Positions 39,601 to 62,900 of a stretch of DNA of 64,000 nucleotides are shown piece after piece. Within the stretch, counting starts at the first letter, position 1, and the number at the start of each line of letters is the position of its first letter. The translations under genes and the position numbers were made by a program. The DNA is taken from the NCBI GenBank assembly GCA_002269645.1, contig NIVC01000722.1:62001-126000 (forward strand), read 5' to 3'. The DNA is from Macrostomum lignano. Taxonomy: Eukaryota. Below the pieces are notes generated by a model. It saw only the letters and a list, made by a program, of their open reading frames with translations, was not told the DNA's origin and ran no database searches.

Positions 39601-42600
39601 CAATAGACGGTGGGGCTAAGGACTCAATAGACGGTGGGGCTAAGGACTCAATAGACGGTGGGGCTAAGGACTCAATAGACGGGGCTAAGGACTCAATGGA
39701 CAGTTGGCTAGTGACTCAAAAACAGCACTCAGAATCCACTTGAATCGCAATTCGTGTGCCCGAATGCTTCACTACTAAACAGACAGTTCAAGCCGACAAC
39801 AGAGCCACCGCTCAGGACGTGCAGGAATTAGAAAAAGAGCGTCTAGAGTTGCTAAGCAACCTGAATCTGGAGCGCAGCACAGTTGCCAGCTTGCGCGACC
39901 AGCTTATTCAAGAGAAGATCCGCTGCCAGAGTCTCAATACAGAGAAGCGACAATCGGTTGCCATAGATACCAGCGTCACCGACCAGCGGGTGACCACTCT
40001 GGAGAGCCGGAACGCGGCTCTACAAGCGGAACTGTTGGCTTGCAAAGACCGGCTTGACAAGGATAATAAATCTAAGCGACAGTCGCTTGAACGCGGATCA
40101 GTTAGCGACTTCCTGGAGATCAAGGATCATCTAGTTCGTGTTGAACGGCAAAATGCCGCTCTGGAGAAGGAGCGGGACACGCTCGAATCCACCAATGCTC
40201 AGCTGAGAGAGCGAGCCAGCGTTGCTGAGGAGCGACTGTCGGCTGCTCAAGATCAGCTGGTGGAAGCTCAATCCCAGCTGGCCTCGGCTAATGTACAAGT
40301 GGCCACGCTGCAGTCTAGCAATGCCGCGCTTGAGACCGAGGTTAAAAGGTTTGTTTTGCACTTTTGTAATATACTGGAAACAGAGTAGTTGCTTGGAGGT
40401 TTACTGATTGGTTGGTCTTCAAGATTCTCTCTGATTGGCTGGAAGGGGATGTCTTCAAGATTCTCTCTGATTGGCTGGAAGGGGGTGTCTTCAAGATTCT
40501 CTCTGATTGGCTGGAAGGGGATATCTTCAAGATTCTCTCTGATTGGCTGGAAGGGGATGTCTTCAAGATTCTCTCTGATTGGCTGGAAGGGGATGTCTTC
40601 AAGATTCTCTCTGATTGGCTGGAAGGAGATGTCTTCGAGATTCTCTCTGATTGGCTGGAAGGAGATGTCTTCGAGATTCTCTCTGATTGGCTGGAAGGAG
40701 ATGTCTTCGAGATTCTTCCCAATTGGTTAGAGACAACTTTCTTCGAGATTCTGTCTGATTCGCTCTGATTCCCCACACATTTTTCCCAGGCTCCAAGCGG
40801 CCCTGTCCGACCTGCAGTCGCGGCTGCACAAGCTGGACAAAGACTACGCCAAGCTGCTGGCCGATTACGAACAATTGCGTCAGCTGCACGAACAGTTAAG
40901 CCGGGAGTACGAGACCGAATCTACCGAGCGCAAACAGCTGCAAGCTGAGCTGAAGCAGCGCAAAGCGGAATTGCGAACCCGTTTAGCCGAGATCGACCGG
41001 CTAACTAAAGAGGCCGAAAGCTTCAAGCATCTGCAGGAGGCGCTAGAAAATGAGACTAAAAACATGGCCGAAGACTCGCGTCAGTATGTTCAACTGCAGG
41101 CTCAGTATTCCGACCTGCTGGCCGATCAGCAGCGCCTGCTAGCCGCCAAGGACAAGTGCGAGCAGGACCTGCGGATGCTCAGCGCTGATGCCGGCTCGAT
41201 GCGGCGTCGGCTGGCCGAAAGCGAGAATGAGCTGGCGCTGACTGGCGCCGATGCGGGCCGGCTGCGGGATCAGGTGATTAGAGACATGTCTGATTGGTTT
41301 ATCGACTGTCAGTTTATCAATCAGCTGATTGGTTTATTTATTGTCAGTTTATCAATCAGCTGATTGGTTTCTTGATTTTCAGTTTATCAATCAGCTGATT
41401 TGTTAGCGATTGTCAGTTTATCAATCAGCTGATTGGTTTCTTGATTTTCAGTTTATCAATCAGCTGATTTGTTAGTGATTGTCAGTTTATCAATCAGCTG
41501 ATTGGTTTATCGATTGTCAGTTTATCAATCAGCTGATTGGTTTATCGATTTTCAGTTTATCAATCAGCTGATTGGTTTATCGATTGTCAGTTTATCAATC
41601 AGCTGATTGGTTTATCGATTTTCCCTTTTTTATTCTCACGCAGATCGCCCAGCTCGAGGCCCAGAATCAGCAGTTAAACCAGGAGAAATCCACTTTGATG
41701 GGCGAGCAGCGGCTGTTGCTAACCCAGAATCAGGAGCTGCTAACGCAGACCCTGCAGTTCAAGGACAATTACAACATCGAAGAGCGCACACTGCGCGAAC
41801 GCCTGATTGCTTTGCAGCGCCAGAAGGAGCGCTTAGAAGACAAAATCATGGACCAATATAAGGCTTATTCTCCGGCTAAGAGTGGCGCATCGAAGGGCAA
41901 AGGCCGGGCTATACTGGCTAAGGCTAAAGAGATTTTCACGCCTCCTGCCAGTTCGAATGGCCAGTTTGACCAGCAGCAACAGCAGCAGCCGCAGCCACAA
42001 TACCATCAGCAGTACCAGCAGCAGCAGCAGAGATTCGAGCCGCGTCACTCCAGCATATTCGATCTGCTGCCAAACTGCGGCGGCAGCATCGCGGGCGGTC
42101 CCGGCAGCATCGCGGGCGAATCCTCGATAGTGTCGGCCGGGCATCACCAGCAGCAGCGGCAGCGGGCACAGCAGCAGGAGGACCGGCTAATGCGGGTTGA
42201 AGAGTTCCTATGCAGCGAGGCGCCGCCTCCGACTTCGACATCGTCTACTGCTGCCGCTGGCCTGGCGCGGAATGCTTCTCCGCCAAAGAGTCTCGCTCTG
42301 ACTAGGTGAGAGGCGAAGGGGTTAAGTTATCTGCACTGATGCAGTATCGCGTGGTCAGTCAGGTTGAGTCAGGGGGTATAGCACTATTTTGTTTGAGTGC
42401 TCAGCGGTAAACGATTTCAGGTTTGAGTGCCTGACGATTAGAGCGTGTGTGTGAGTGCTGTGCCTGAGTACAGTATTGGCGCTTGTGTGTGCTCAGGATT
42501 CTGCGAAATGGGCAGATTGCCTCAGAGCTGTTTGCGGGATGATGTCGCCGAAGGCTTAGCGACAGAGTGCCCGCAACACTTTTGAACATGATTATACACT

Positions 42601-42890
42601 TCATTCAATTTCCGACACAACCGTGCCGCTTATTCACCAGAAACGGCGCCGACTCAACCGATGGCCGTCGAGACAATGACGACGACGATACTGGCGGGTT
42701 CCAGCCGCCGCCGGAGCGTCGGTCGGCCAGCGCCCTCGGCTCGCCGATTCGTCGACAATTGCCACCGACTCCGCCTGTTAATCGGCGACGTGCCGGGACG
42801 TCAACTCCGACGCCCGCCATGTCGCATCATCAGGTTGGCCTGGGATAATTTGAGATTGAAACAAGCAGGCAATCGGGCAGGAAGGCAGGC

Positions 42891-42923
<33 letters not shown>

Positions 42924-43168
42924 CTAAGACACTAAAACTAAGACACTAAAAGACAGGCAGACAGACACTAAGACAGACACTAATACACTAAGACAGGCAG
43001 ACAGACACTAAGACACTAAAAGACAGGCAGACAGACACTAAGACAGACACTAATACACTAAGACAGGCAGACAGACACTAAGACACTAAAAGACAGGCAG
43101 ACAGACACTATAACAGACAGACACTAAGGCACTAAAACAGACAGACACTAAGACAGACAGACACTAAA

Positions 43169-43199
<31 letters not shown>

Positions 43200-43212
43200 C
43201 TAAGACACTAAA

Positions 43213-43271
<59 letters not shown>

Positions 43272-43352
43272 CTAAAACACTAAAACAGACAGACACTAAG
43301 ACAGACAGACACTAAAACAGACAGACAGACAGACAGACACTAAGACACTAAA

Positions 43353-43387
<35 letters not shown>

Positions 43388-44318
43388 CTAAGACACTAAG
43401 ACACTAAAACAGACACTAAGACACTAAGACACTAAGACAGTCAGACAAAAACTAAGAACAAAGAGGCAGACAGTCAGGCAGTAGAAAATGATGGCTATCC
43501 TCTGGTCCATCAATTGTTCAGTCAATTCAGTCAATTAAGGATTTTCTTAAGCCTACCGTTACTATGAGTAGCCTGTAACGACTTTAAAAACTTTACTCTC
43601 TAAAACCTCCTTCCTCCCGCAGCATCAGCAGGCCGCTGTGCCCCCGTCGCCAACCGCCTCAGTCGCGTCCAGTCGTCTGCCAGCCACGGAGCGCTACGAG
43701 AAGAATGAGATTTTTGTTCACGAACGCGGCCACAGTTTTGATAGCCAGCAGCAGCAGCCGCCGCCGCAGGCTCCGCCGCCCAGACGAGAGTCGGCCGGCC
43801 TGCCCGGTCACAAGCCCTACATAGCGATTGGCCGAAGCGGCGGGGGCGGTGGTAGCAGCGCCGCTCCCAGCGTCCCAGCTCGATCCGTGACGCCCCAGCA
43901 GCTGCCCTCGGCTGTAGTGGCTGCCGCAGCCAATTCAACTGGCCGAAATTCGGCGATGCGCTCCATGACGCCCGGGCCTCAGATTATTGGCAACATTGCT
44001 CCGTCATCTGTTCAGCAGCAGCTGAGGCGGACTATATTCTCTGGCCAACAACCCGCTCCGCAACAGCAGCAACATCCGGTTCCGCCTCGTAGGCAGGGCA
44101 GCGGCGCTTCGGATGGTTCCGGTTCCGGTTCGATGCAGCAACAGCAACAGCCTCAGCTGCCGCCCCGAGCCGGCGCCGGCCTGCCCAGATCGGCCACATT
44201 GGAGCCGAAAGTGTCCGCCAGTTCTGACCATCATCACCAGCGCGCTACTAATAGTAGTAGCAGCAACAGAGATGGTGGCAATCGCAATTCTCTCTGGTTA
44301 GATCACGGCTGCTTATAA
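30621..44318 (+). CDS. CCDC88: Girdin/Daple (CCDC88, Hook-related) protein, ~1514 aa. Exons 30621-30802, 32087-32408, 33393-33923, 35306-35485, 36664-37137 (or 37146), 38633-38887, 39783-40348, 40790-41273, 41644-42305, 42641-42833, 43623-44318
   Basis: Hook-type N-terminal domain ([16 protein letters not shown]...[19 protein letters not shown]...[15 protein letters not shown]), ~1000 aa of coiled coil with CCDC88-like segments ([34 protein letters not shown]), a GBA-like motif [10 protein letters not shown], and C-terminal WLDHGCL*. All ten introns are GT-AG with consistent phases. Confidence 0.92.
30985..32015. repeat. 21-bp minisatellite, CCDC88 intron 1
   Basis: GACTTGAGTGTACAGATTCGG and variants, with higher-order blocks of ~270-295 bp. 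Confidence 0.95.
32495..33360. repeat. 32-bp minisatellite, CCDC88 intron 2
   Basis: GGCGGCTGCAATCCTCCCCAGGTCCTTTGTTA. Confidence 0.95.
34116..34460 (+). mobile_element. tRNA-derived SINE-like copy in CCDC88 intron 3
   Basis: Box A TAGTCCAGTGG (~34126) and box B GGCTCGATTCC (~34170) at tRNA-like spacing, with no proper cloverleaf or 3' acceptor stem. The 3' boundary is approximate. Confidence 0.5.
34480..35185. repeat. 20-bp C-rich minisatellite, CCDC88 intron 3
   Basis: CCCCACTAGAATTCCCCATC; the minus strand carries alternating G4/G5 runs. Confidence 0.95.
35565..36515. repeat. 30/29-bp minisatellite, CCDC88 intron 4
   Basis: CAGACAGTCCAGAATTCATGGGGAATCTCT, with a 179-bp higher-order period (ORF-track copies start at 35964, 36143 and 36322). 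Confidence 0.95.
37180..38445. repeat. AT-rich ~265-bp satellite, CCDC88 intron 5
   Basis: The marker GAAATCG(TAAC) recurs at ~37370, 37647, 37910, 38184 and 38440 (spacings about 276, 263, 274, 256), with internal TTCTTAGAAAATCTTAG(A/T)TTCCTAGAAA subrepeats. Confidence 0.9.
39030..39700. repeat. 24-bp minisatellite, CCDC88 intron 6
   Basis: GGGGCTAAGGACTCAATAGACGGT. Confidence 0.95.
40405..40770. repeat. 36-bp minisatellite, CCDC88 intron 7
   Basis: CTCTGATTGGCTGGAAGG(G/A)GATGTCTTC(A/G)AGATTCT, about ten copies. Confidence 0.95.
41295..41620. repeat. 35-bp minisatellite with a perfect 14-bp palindrome, CCDC88 intron 8
   Basis: CAGTTTATCAATCAGCTGATTGGTTTATCGATTGT; CAATCAGCTGATTG is its own reverse complement. 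Confidence 0.95.
42890..43450. repeat. (AGAC)n-derived microsatellite with ACTAAG/ACTAAA interruptions, CCDC88 intron 10
   Basis: Direct inspection. Confidence 0.93.
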
Positions 44319-44438
44319 ACTCTATTGATGCTGCTCAGCCAAACACACGCTATAGAATCGAGTGCAATTCAAAATTTGGCGCTGTTTCAAATTCTTTTTA
44401 TTAGCGCGAAATTGAATTTGTTTGTGTTTTAAAAATTC

Positions 44439-44444
44439 AATAAA
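44439..44444 (+). promoter_or_regulatory. Candidate polyadenylation signal for CCDC88
   Basis: AATAAA ~120 nt after the stop at 44318, in an AT-rich 3' region. Confidence 0.45.
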
Positions 44445-45852
44445 TATAATTTTGTTATCAGCTTCAAGGATAATAGTTATATTAGTATATTAGTTCTCAC
44501 TAGAAATATAGTTTGTCACTAATTGTTGCTAAAGCCACTATTGTACACAAAGTAGTTCACGCCTTCACTTCAATGTCACCTCTTCTATGCATGTCCGCAT
44601 CGGTGGGTTACTTGCAGTAGTTAGAAAGATTTTTGTTTTGATCAGCGGGTCTGGCCCAACATTTTAGCTGTTTGTTATCTGTGATAATTTTCAAATGTAA
44701 AATGAATAATTGCATCATTTTCAGAGCAGTTCAAACTCAATAAAAACTGTTCATATTTGTTGTTTTGTTTTATTAAAACTCCTACCTATCAAGGTGTTTG
44801 TTTTCAAATGAATGATCTATAGGATAATATAAAACCAGCCTTTTCTGCGAAACGAGGCTGTGAATTGTGCTCTCTCGTCTTTAAAAAATTCGCATACAAC
44901 GCTTTCTATTGTTCAACTTTTCTTGTCATTTCTGTCATCGAAGTGAGAGTTTTAATCGACAATTTGACAAATTAGGCCATCCGGCATTGCTGCTTTTTGC
45001 TTGGCATTTTTGTCTGCCCCCTTCCCCTATTTTTAATCCCCACAGTTTTTGCTTTGTTCCCCTCAGCGGGTGAATTTTTTAAAAATTCAATTCGACAAAT
45101 TTCTAAACTTTCCTTCTCGAACCTTTCTACACTACTCATATATCATCAGTAGCAGTAGTAGTATTTTTTGCCAAAAAAAATTTTATTCGCGGGTAACTCG
45201 GTGTAATTTTTCTTGTGCAGATTTGCCTGAATGAACGATTTCGCTTGGACTCGGCCCGCGTGTCTTTGTTGTTGTTTTTGTTTTTGTCTCCAAAATAACG
45301 TTCATACATTTTTTACATTACAATATTTGTATTTAGGTTTTTCTGCTGTAGGCAACTTGCTTTTGTCAAACTGAAAGGGTATTGCCTTTTTTTAGCTATT
45401 GTTACAAAACCAGTTCCGTGCTTGCCTGCCTCTGTGCTGTATTTTCCGTCTAGTTTAAAAAAACAGCTTTAAGAACTTCGATGACTACTTTTAGTACCCT
45501 TGCTTCCTTCGCTGTAAATATTGTCTGTGGGACTTTTGTGTTGATAGCGTTTTTAATTTTTTCAATGGGCTTGTTTTTTGGCGTTCGTATTTTCACTATT
45601 TTGTGGCATACCGGACGGCATGGTTTGGATCTTTTTTATTTTCTGTTCGCTCTTCTCTTTGTGTCTTTTTGCTGCATATCTCCTTTCTTGACATGTATTA
45701 TAAGCATATTTGCCCCTCTGTAGCTCGTTCACTTCTATCTATTCTAATCTTATATTCTGCAAGCTTATTTATTAGCTAATTATATATGAATACAAATGCA
45801 AAGTATACTTATATACTATACTGTGCTTTTGTCTTGCTCTCTCTCTTGTACT

Positions 45853-46660
45853 CATCTACTCGATCTAGTCAGGCTTCTGTCAGAGCATCTACTCAATCTA
45901 GTCAGGCTTCTGTCAGAGCATCTACTCAATCTAGACAGGCTTCTGTCAGAGCATCTACTCAATCTAGTCAGGCTTCTGTCAGAGCATCTACTCAATCTAG
46001 TCAGGCTTCTGTCAGAGCATCTACTCAATCTAATCAGGCTTCTGTCAGAGCATCTACTCAATCTAGTCAGGCTTCTGTCAGAGCATCTACTCAATCTAAT
46101 CAGGCTTCTGTCAGAGCATCTACTCAATCTAGTCAGGCTTCTGTCAGAGCATCTACTCAATCTAGTCAGGCTTCTGTCAGAGCATCTACTCAATCTAATC
46201 AGGCTTCTGTCAGAGCATCTACTCAATCTAGTCAGGCTTCTGTCAGAGCATCTACTCAATCTAATCAGGCTTCTGTCAGAGCATCTACTCAATCTAGTCA
46301 GGCTTCTGTCAGAGCATCTACTCAATCTAGTCAGGCTTCTGTCAGAGCATCTACTCAATCTAATCAGGCTTCTGTCAGAGCATCTACTCAATCTAGTCAG
46401 GCTTCTGTCAGAGCATCTACTCAATCTAATCAGGCTTCTGTCAGAGCATCTACTCAATCTAGTCAGGCTTCTGTCAGAGCATCTACTCAATCTAGTCAGG
46501 CTTCTGTCAGAGCATCTACTCAATCTAGTCAGGCTTCTGTCAGAGCATCTACTCAATCTAATCAGGCTTCTGTCAGAGCATCTACTCAATCTAGTCAGGC
46601 TTCACTCAGAACATCTACTCAATCTAGTCAGGCTTCACTCAGAACATCTACTCAATCTAG
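45853..46660. repeat. 33-bp minisatellite upstream of the KATNIP start
   Basis: TCAATCTA(G/A)TCAGGCTTCTGTCAGAGCATCTAC, about 24 copies. Confidence 0.96.
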
Positions 46661-46814
46661 TTCGTCAGGTTGTAAAAACTCACTTCAACATGTCTTCAAT
46701 ATTAATTTCAGGTGGTCAGAGTCAGAGCAATCCATTATTAACTTACCTAGCAGCCACAGACGTGACAGCGGCAATAAAAGCAACACAGCCAAGCAACAGA
46801 GCAGAGAGCGCACA

Positions 46815-56945
<10,131 letters not shown>

Positions 56946-57066
56946 ACTGTCATAAGAGCGATATTTTAGTTGTAAGTTTTTTATCCAGATTATTTTAGGG
57001 CTGATTGTTATTTAAATAGATCAGGTTGCTATATAGTTCATGACATATCAGTCTTGTTTGAAAGTT

Positions 57067-57067
57067 G

Positions 57068-57126
<59 letters not shown>

Positions 57127-57127
57127 G

Positions 57128-57172
<45 letters not shown>

Positions 57173-57173
57173 T

Positions 57174-57214
<41 letters not shown>

Positions 57215-57215
57215 G

Positions 57216-57274
<59 letters not shown>

Positions 57275-57275
57275 G

Positions 57276-57342
<67 letters not shown>

Positions 57343-57343
57343 G

Positions 57344-57400
<57 letters not shown>

Positions 57401-57422
57401 GGAGATAGATAGACAAATAGAC

Positions 57423-57468
<46 letters not shown>

Positions 57469-57483
57469 GTAGGTAGATAGATA

Positions 57484-57532
<49 letters not shown>

Positions 57533-57578
57533 CAGATAGATAGATAGATAGATAGACAGATAGATAGATAGATAGATA
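57067..57578. repeat. (GATA)n microsatellite just downstream of the KATNIP stop
   Basis: Direct inspection. Confidence 0.98.
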
Positions 57579-58584
57579 TCGCCAGAGTGACCACAGCCCT
57601 TCTGAAGTTGTTATTATTATTAGGTAGATAAGTAGATTCATCGTTTCAAAATCTTAACTGTGTTATAAATATCAAAGTGCAAACAATTTACTCTCAGCTG
57701 TTTTAAACAAATATTAATAGCAAATCACGGTTTTTTCAACTTGCCCGATTACGAGTATAAATCGATACTTTAATCGTGTACTTTTTACTTCATAATTAAA
57801 CAACTGCAAGCAACTTTATTATAAAAATACCAAAGCTGAATTTCCTCTTTGTACGCGCGTGTTGCCAACAATCATATTTATACACACACTGAGGATTATT
57901 ATCGTAGTGGATATGTTAGTGAGTTATTTTTATTGTACAAGAAAACATCGCCGTCACAAAAGTTTGTGAAAACAATTTTACTCGTTTCAACATTCCGTCC
58001 GCATGCATTCCATAATAAAGTCTACACTACTACTGATTTAGTAGTCACGGGGCGCGAAATTCGATTATGAATTTTCCGTCCTTATTCTGTCTGTTATTTT
58101 TAAATATCAATAATTGTTTGTTTAATTTATCTTTTATTAATCTATGAAATAGCTAATATAATGCACAGTGCTGTGAGGGTCTTGAGTTATTTGCATTTCC
58201 AGCGACCGGGCAGTGATTATCAACAAGGCCCTGCTAAACTTTTTATTGAATATTTAAAAAAATGCTCTACGCTTGTGCGTATTGCAGTTTCTCTTCAAAA
58301 CCGCACTGTTTTTAATTACTTTCTTACATAATTCCTTTCTTTGATTTGCTTCAAATAAATTATCTTATATAAGCGCGCTACAGACTACTGTTATAGCGTA
58401 TATGTCACCGTTTTTTATCTGTGTTCTTTTTCTCTGTTCTCGCCGTCTGAGAAAGTCATGTGCGGCTATGAATATATTGAAATATTATATTGATAAGACA
58501 CGTGCATATCTATATAATGTTGCTATTGCAACCGCACTTTACTATTAACAAGTACTTTTATGATTTGTCTGTTTTTAAGATTTC

Positions 58585-59780
58585 AGCTCTAAGTAGGTTC
58601 ATTGCTCCCTTCATCTCCCAGTTCTAAGTAGGGTCATTGCTCCCTTCATCTCCCAGCTCTAAGTAGAGTCATTGCTCCCTTCATCACCCAGCTCTAAGTA
58701 GGGTCATTGCTCCCTTCATCACCCAGCTCTAAGTAGGGTCATTGCTCCCTTCATCTCCCAGCTCTAAGTAGGGTCATTGCTCCCTTCATCTCCCAGCTCT
58801 AAGTAGGGTCATTGCTCCCTTCATCTCCCAGATCTAAGTAGGGTCATTGCTCCCTTCATCTCCCAGCTCTAAGTAGGGTCATTGCTGCCTTCATCTCCAG
58901 CTCTAAGTAGGTTCATTGCTCCCTTCATCTCCAGCTCTAAGTAGAGTCATTGCTCCCTTCATCTCCCAGCTCTAAGTAGAGTCATTGCTCCCTTCATCTC
59001 CCAGCTCTAAGTAGGGTCATTGCTCCCTTCATCTCCCAGCTCTAAGTAGGGTCATTGCTCCCTTCATCACCCAGCTCTAAGTAGGGTCATTGCTCCCTTC
59101 ATCTCCAGCTCTAAGTAGAGTCATTGCTCCCTTCATCTCCCAGCTCTAAGTAGGGTCATTGCTCCCTTCATCTCCCAGATCTAAGTAGGGTCATTGCTCC
59201 CTTCATCTCCCAGCTCTAAGTAGGGTCATTGCTGCCTTCATCTCCAGCTCTAAGTAGGTTCATTGCTCCCTTCATCTCCCAGATCTAAGTAGGGTCATTG
59301 CTCCCTTCATCCACCAGCTCTAAGTAGAGTCATTGCTCCCTTCATCTCCCAGATCTAAGTAGGGTCATTGCTCCCTTCATCTCCCAGATCTAAGTAGGGT
59401 CATTGCTGCCTTCATCTCCAGCTCTAAGTAGGTTCATTGCTCCCTTCATCTCCCAGATCTAAGTAGGGTCATTGCTCCCTTCATCCACCAGCTCTAAGTA
59501 GGGTCATTGCTCCCTTCATCTCCCAGATCTAAGTAGGGTCATTGCTGCCTTCATCTCCAGCTCTAAGTAGGGTCATTGCTCCCTTCATCTCCCAGCTCTA
59601 AGTAGGGTCATTGCTCCCTTCATCTCCCAGCTCTAAGTAGGGTCATTGCTCCCTTCATCCCCCAGCTCTAAGTAGGGTCATTGCTGCCTTCATCTCCAGC
59701 TCTAAGTAGGGTCATTGCTCCCTTCATCCTCCAGCTCTAAGTAGGGTCATAGCTGCCTTCATCTCCCAGTTCTAAGTACT
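58585..59780. repeat. 35/34-bp minisatellite upstream of the pogo-derived gene
   Basis: CTCTAAGTAGGGTCATTGCTCCCTTCATCTCCCAG. Confidence 0.96.
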
Positions 59781-59968
59781 TGTAGCTACAGTATGTAGTA
59801 ATCTATGTTTATATTTCATTAATCATAACTAAAAAAACTTGTTGATATTTCAGCTTTAATTTTTTGCCCTGCTTTTTGAGGGCTGGAATTCCTCGCCCTG
59901 ACAACTAGTGATTTAATTAAACCGTTCTGAGCTGTCTCAGAGCCGACAGTCGCGTACTTGCACAGACG

Positions 59969-62900
59969 ATGCAAGGATCAGTGGATGCCTACCAGTCTCT
60001 GCTAGGTCAGCCTCCCAATCCGTCTTCATCATCGGCTACTACAATGACCGAATCTATTCGACAGACTTTAGATTCGTCCGAATCTGCCAAAGCGCATCAG
60101 CAGCAAAAAATTGTCTTCCTGTCCGACTCTGAGCTGGCCGAGGATCCCACCAAGGATGCGCCGTCGTCCCAGCCGGCGGCCAAGCCGGCCTCTGTTAGCA
60201 TGGCCTCGGTGTTCAGCCCCTGCGAGAACAGCAGCGGCGGCGCTATCCAGACCTACAAGCTGATGCCTATCAAGATTTGTCTCAGCGAGTCCGACGATGA
60301 AAGCGGAGGTCGCGGCGGTGGCGGCCGCGGCAGCCGCGGCCCCTGTAGCGTCGTCAACAGCGTCAACAACTTTCCAAACGATGTTGTGGGCGGCGGCGGT
60401 GGTGGCGGCGGCTATCTTGCCGGCTCTGTTGAAGACCAGGACGAAGACAGCCATCGGGTGCTGGTCGGTGGGCGCCTGTACACCCACTTGTACTCGAAGC
60501 CCTGCGTCGGCGGCGCCGTCGGCGGCGGTAGCGCCGACATTTTTATTGGCATGCCGCGCGGCCGACCAATCGGCGGCAACGGCCGGATGCGCCGACAGTG
60601 GTCGCAGGAGAACATGCTCAAGGCTTATAATGCGGTTGTGAATCAGGGCGTCTCGCTGCGGATTGCGTCTACTAAGTTTAAGGTGAGACTTCGGCCCTGA
60701 ATCTCACCCTAATCTCATCCGTAGATCTGCTTTCTTTAGAATCCTATTCTTCCGAGTTTCAGCCTATTCTAACACTCGCATTTTTAATGATAATATCACT
60801 CATAGAGTCTTACCCTATTCACCTTAATCTCACCCATATAATCTCACCCTATTCACCTAAATCTCATCCGTGGAACCTCACCCTATTCACCTTATTCTTA
60901 TCTATAGGGTCTTATGCGGTTGGGGTATGGAGATGTCGTTTTGTCACTACAGAATCTCATTAGAATCTCACCCTAATCTCACTCTCACTCTCGCGCACTC
61001 CCACCGCTCCCGCGCTGCCAGGTGCCCGAGAGCACCCTTCGCGACCGGCTGCACGGCCGGGTGAACATCAACTGCACCCGACCTGGGCCGCAGACTTTCT
61101 TCACAGCCGGCGAGGAGCAGCGAATCGTGGATCACGTGCTGTTCCTGCACCGCATCGGGTACACTGTGCTGCGCAAGCACATCACCGAGACGGCCAATCA
61201 TCTGCTGCGCATCACATCGCGCGCCGCTCGTCTCAGCATCGGCGAGTCCGGCGACTCTAATCTTGATGACGATGTAATCGACGACCAAGCGAAGGAGGGC
61301 GACCCGCTGCTGATGCACTCGGCTAGCAACGACTTCGTGTCGCTGGCCTCGGCCATGGAGATGCAGACTTGGATGTCCGAGCAGTCCTCTGCGGGCTGGA
61401 AGGCGCCCTCATCTGTTGGGGTGCCGCCGAGCAGCAAGCGGTGCAACCTGCCCAGCGCCTCCTGGCTCTACTCGTTCACGCACCGGTGGCCGAAGATTAA
61501 AGAGTGCGTGTCCATGAGCAGTCATCACAGGCGCTATGTTATTGAGGAGGAGGTCACCGACTCCAATAGGATTGCCTACCTGCGGTGAGTGTCTATTGAG
61601 CACCTGTTGAGATTATTTGAGGTCTGAGATTCTCTCAATCTCTACTGAGATTCTCTCAATGTCTACTGAGATTCTCACAATCTCTACTGAGATTCTCTCA
61701 ATCTCTAATGAGATTCTCTCAATATCTACTGAGATTCTCTCAATCTCTACTGAGATTCTCTCAATCTTTACTGAGATTCTCTCGATCTCTACTGAGATTC
61801 TCTCAATCTTTACTGAGATTCTCTTAGATCTCTAATGAGATTCTCCAATCTATATTGAAATTCTCCTATATCTCTAATGAGATTCTGCTAGATCTCTACA
61901 GAGATTGTCCTAGATCTCTACTGAGATTCTCTTAGATCTCTACTGAGATTGTCCTAGAGTTCTGAGATTGTCCTAGATCTCTACTGAGATTCTCCTAGAG
62001 CTTTACTGAGATTGTCCTAGAGCTCTACTGAGATTCTCCTAGAGCTCTACTGAGATTGTCCTAGAGCTCTACTGAGATTCTCCTAGAGCTCTACTGGGAT
62101 TCTCTTAGATCTCTACTGAGATTCTCCTAGAGCTCTACTGAGATTCTCCTAGATCTCTACTGAGATTCTCCTAGATCTCTACTGAGATTCTCTCAATCTG
62201 AGATTCTCTTAGATCTCTACAGCAAAGCCGCTCTCCAACCCGCCCGCAGCGCCCTGACCAAGGTCCTGCTGAAGCACAAGCTCAGCTCCGGCTTCAGCCT
62301 GTCCCGTTTCTGGCTAATGGACGAGGCCTCCATCAGCTGCGCCACCCACCCGCCCCGGCTGATGAACTGCCAGACCCAGCGGCTGCAGATGCCCTACCAG
62401 AGCGAGTTTCCACACGTCACCCTGGTTGGCGCAGGCAACGCCGTTGGCAACTCGGTGCCACCATTTCTGCTGTACCGCGGCACCCAGGTGTACAAAGAGA
62501 TGGTGCTGGGCGCGACTAAGGGCACCAAGTTCACTTACTCCGAAACCGGCTACCTTAGCCCGGAGATCTTTATGAGCTGGCTATTGCGGCACTTTACTGA
62601 GCACTCCGGCTGCAGTCCGGACAATCCCGTGCTGCTGTTCTACGATGCCCACCTGCTGTACGTCACCATCAGCGTGCTGGAGGAGGCTAGGCATAAAGGC
62701 ATCATCCTGTTCCCCCTGCCGCCTCATGCAGGCGATCTGGGCATCTGCGCCAGCTTCTCGGTGCTGAATAAGTTCAGGGTGAGTCTTTGTTAGTGCTCAG
62801 TGTCTCTGGGTTTAGCGAGTCTTTGTTAGTGCTCAGTGTCTTTGAGTTTAGCGAGTCTTTAGTGCTCAGTGTCTTTGAGTTAAGCGAGTCTTTGTCAGTG

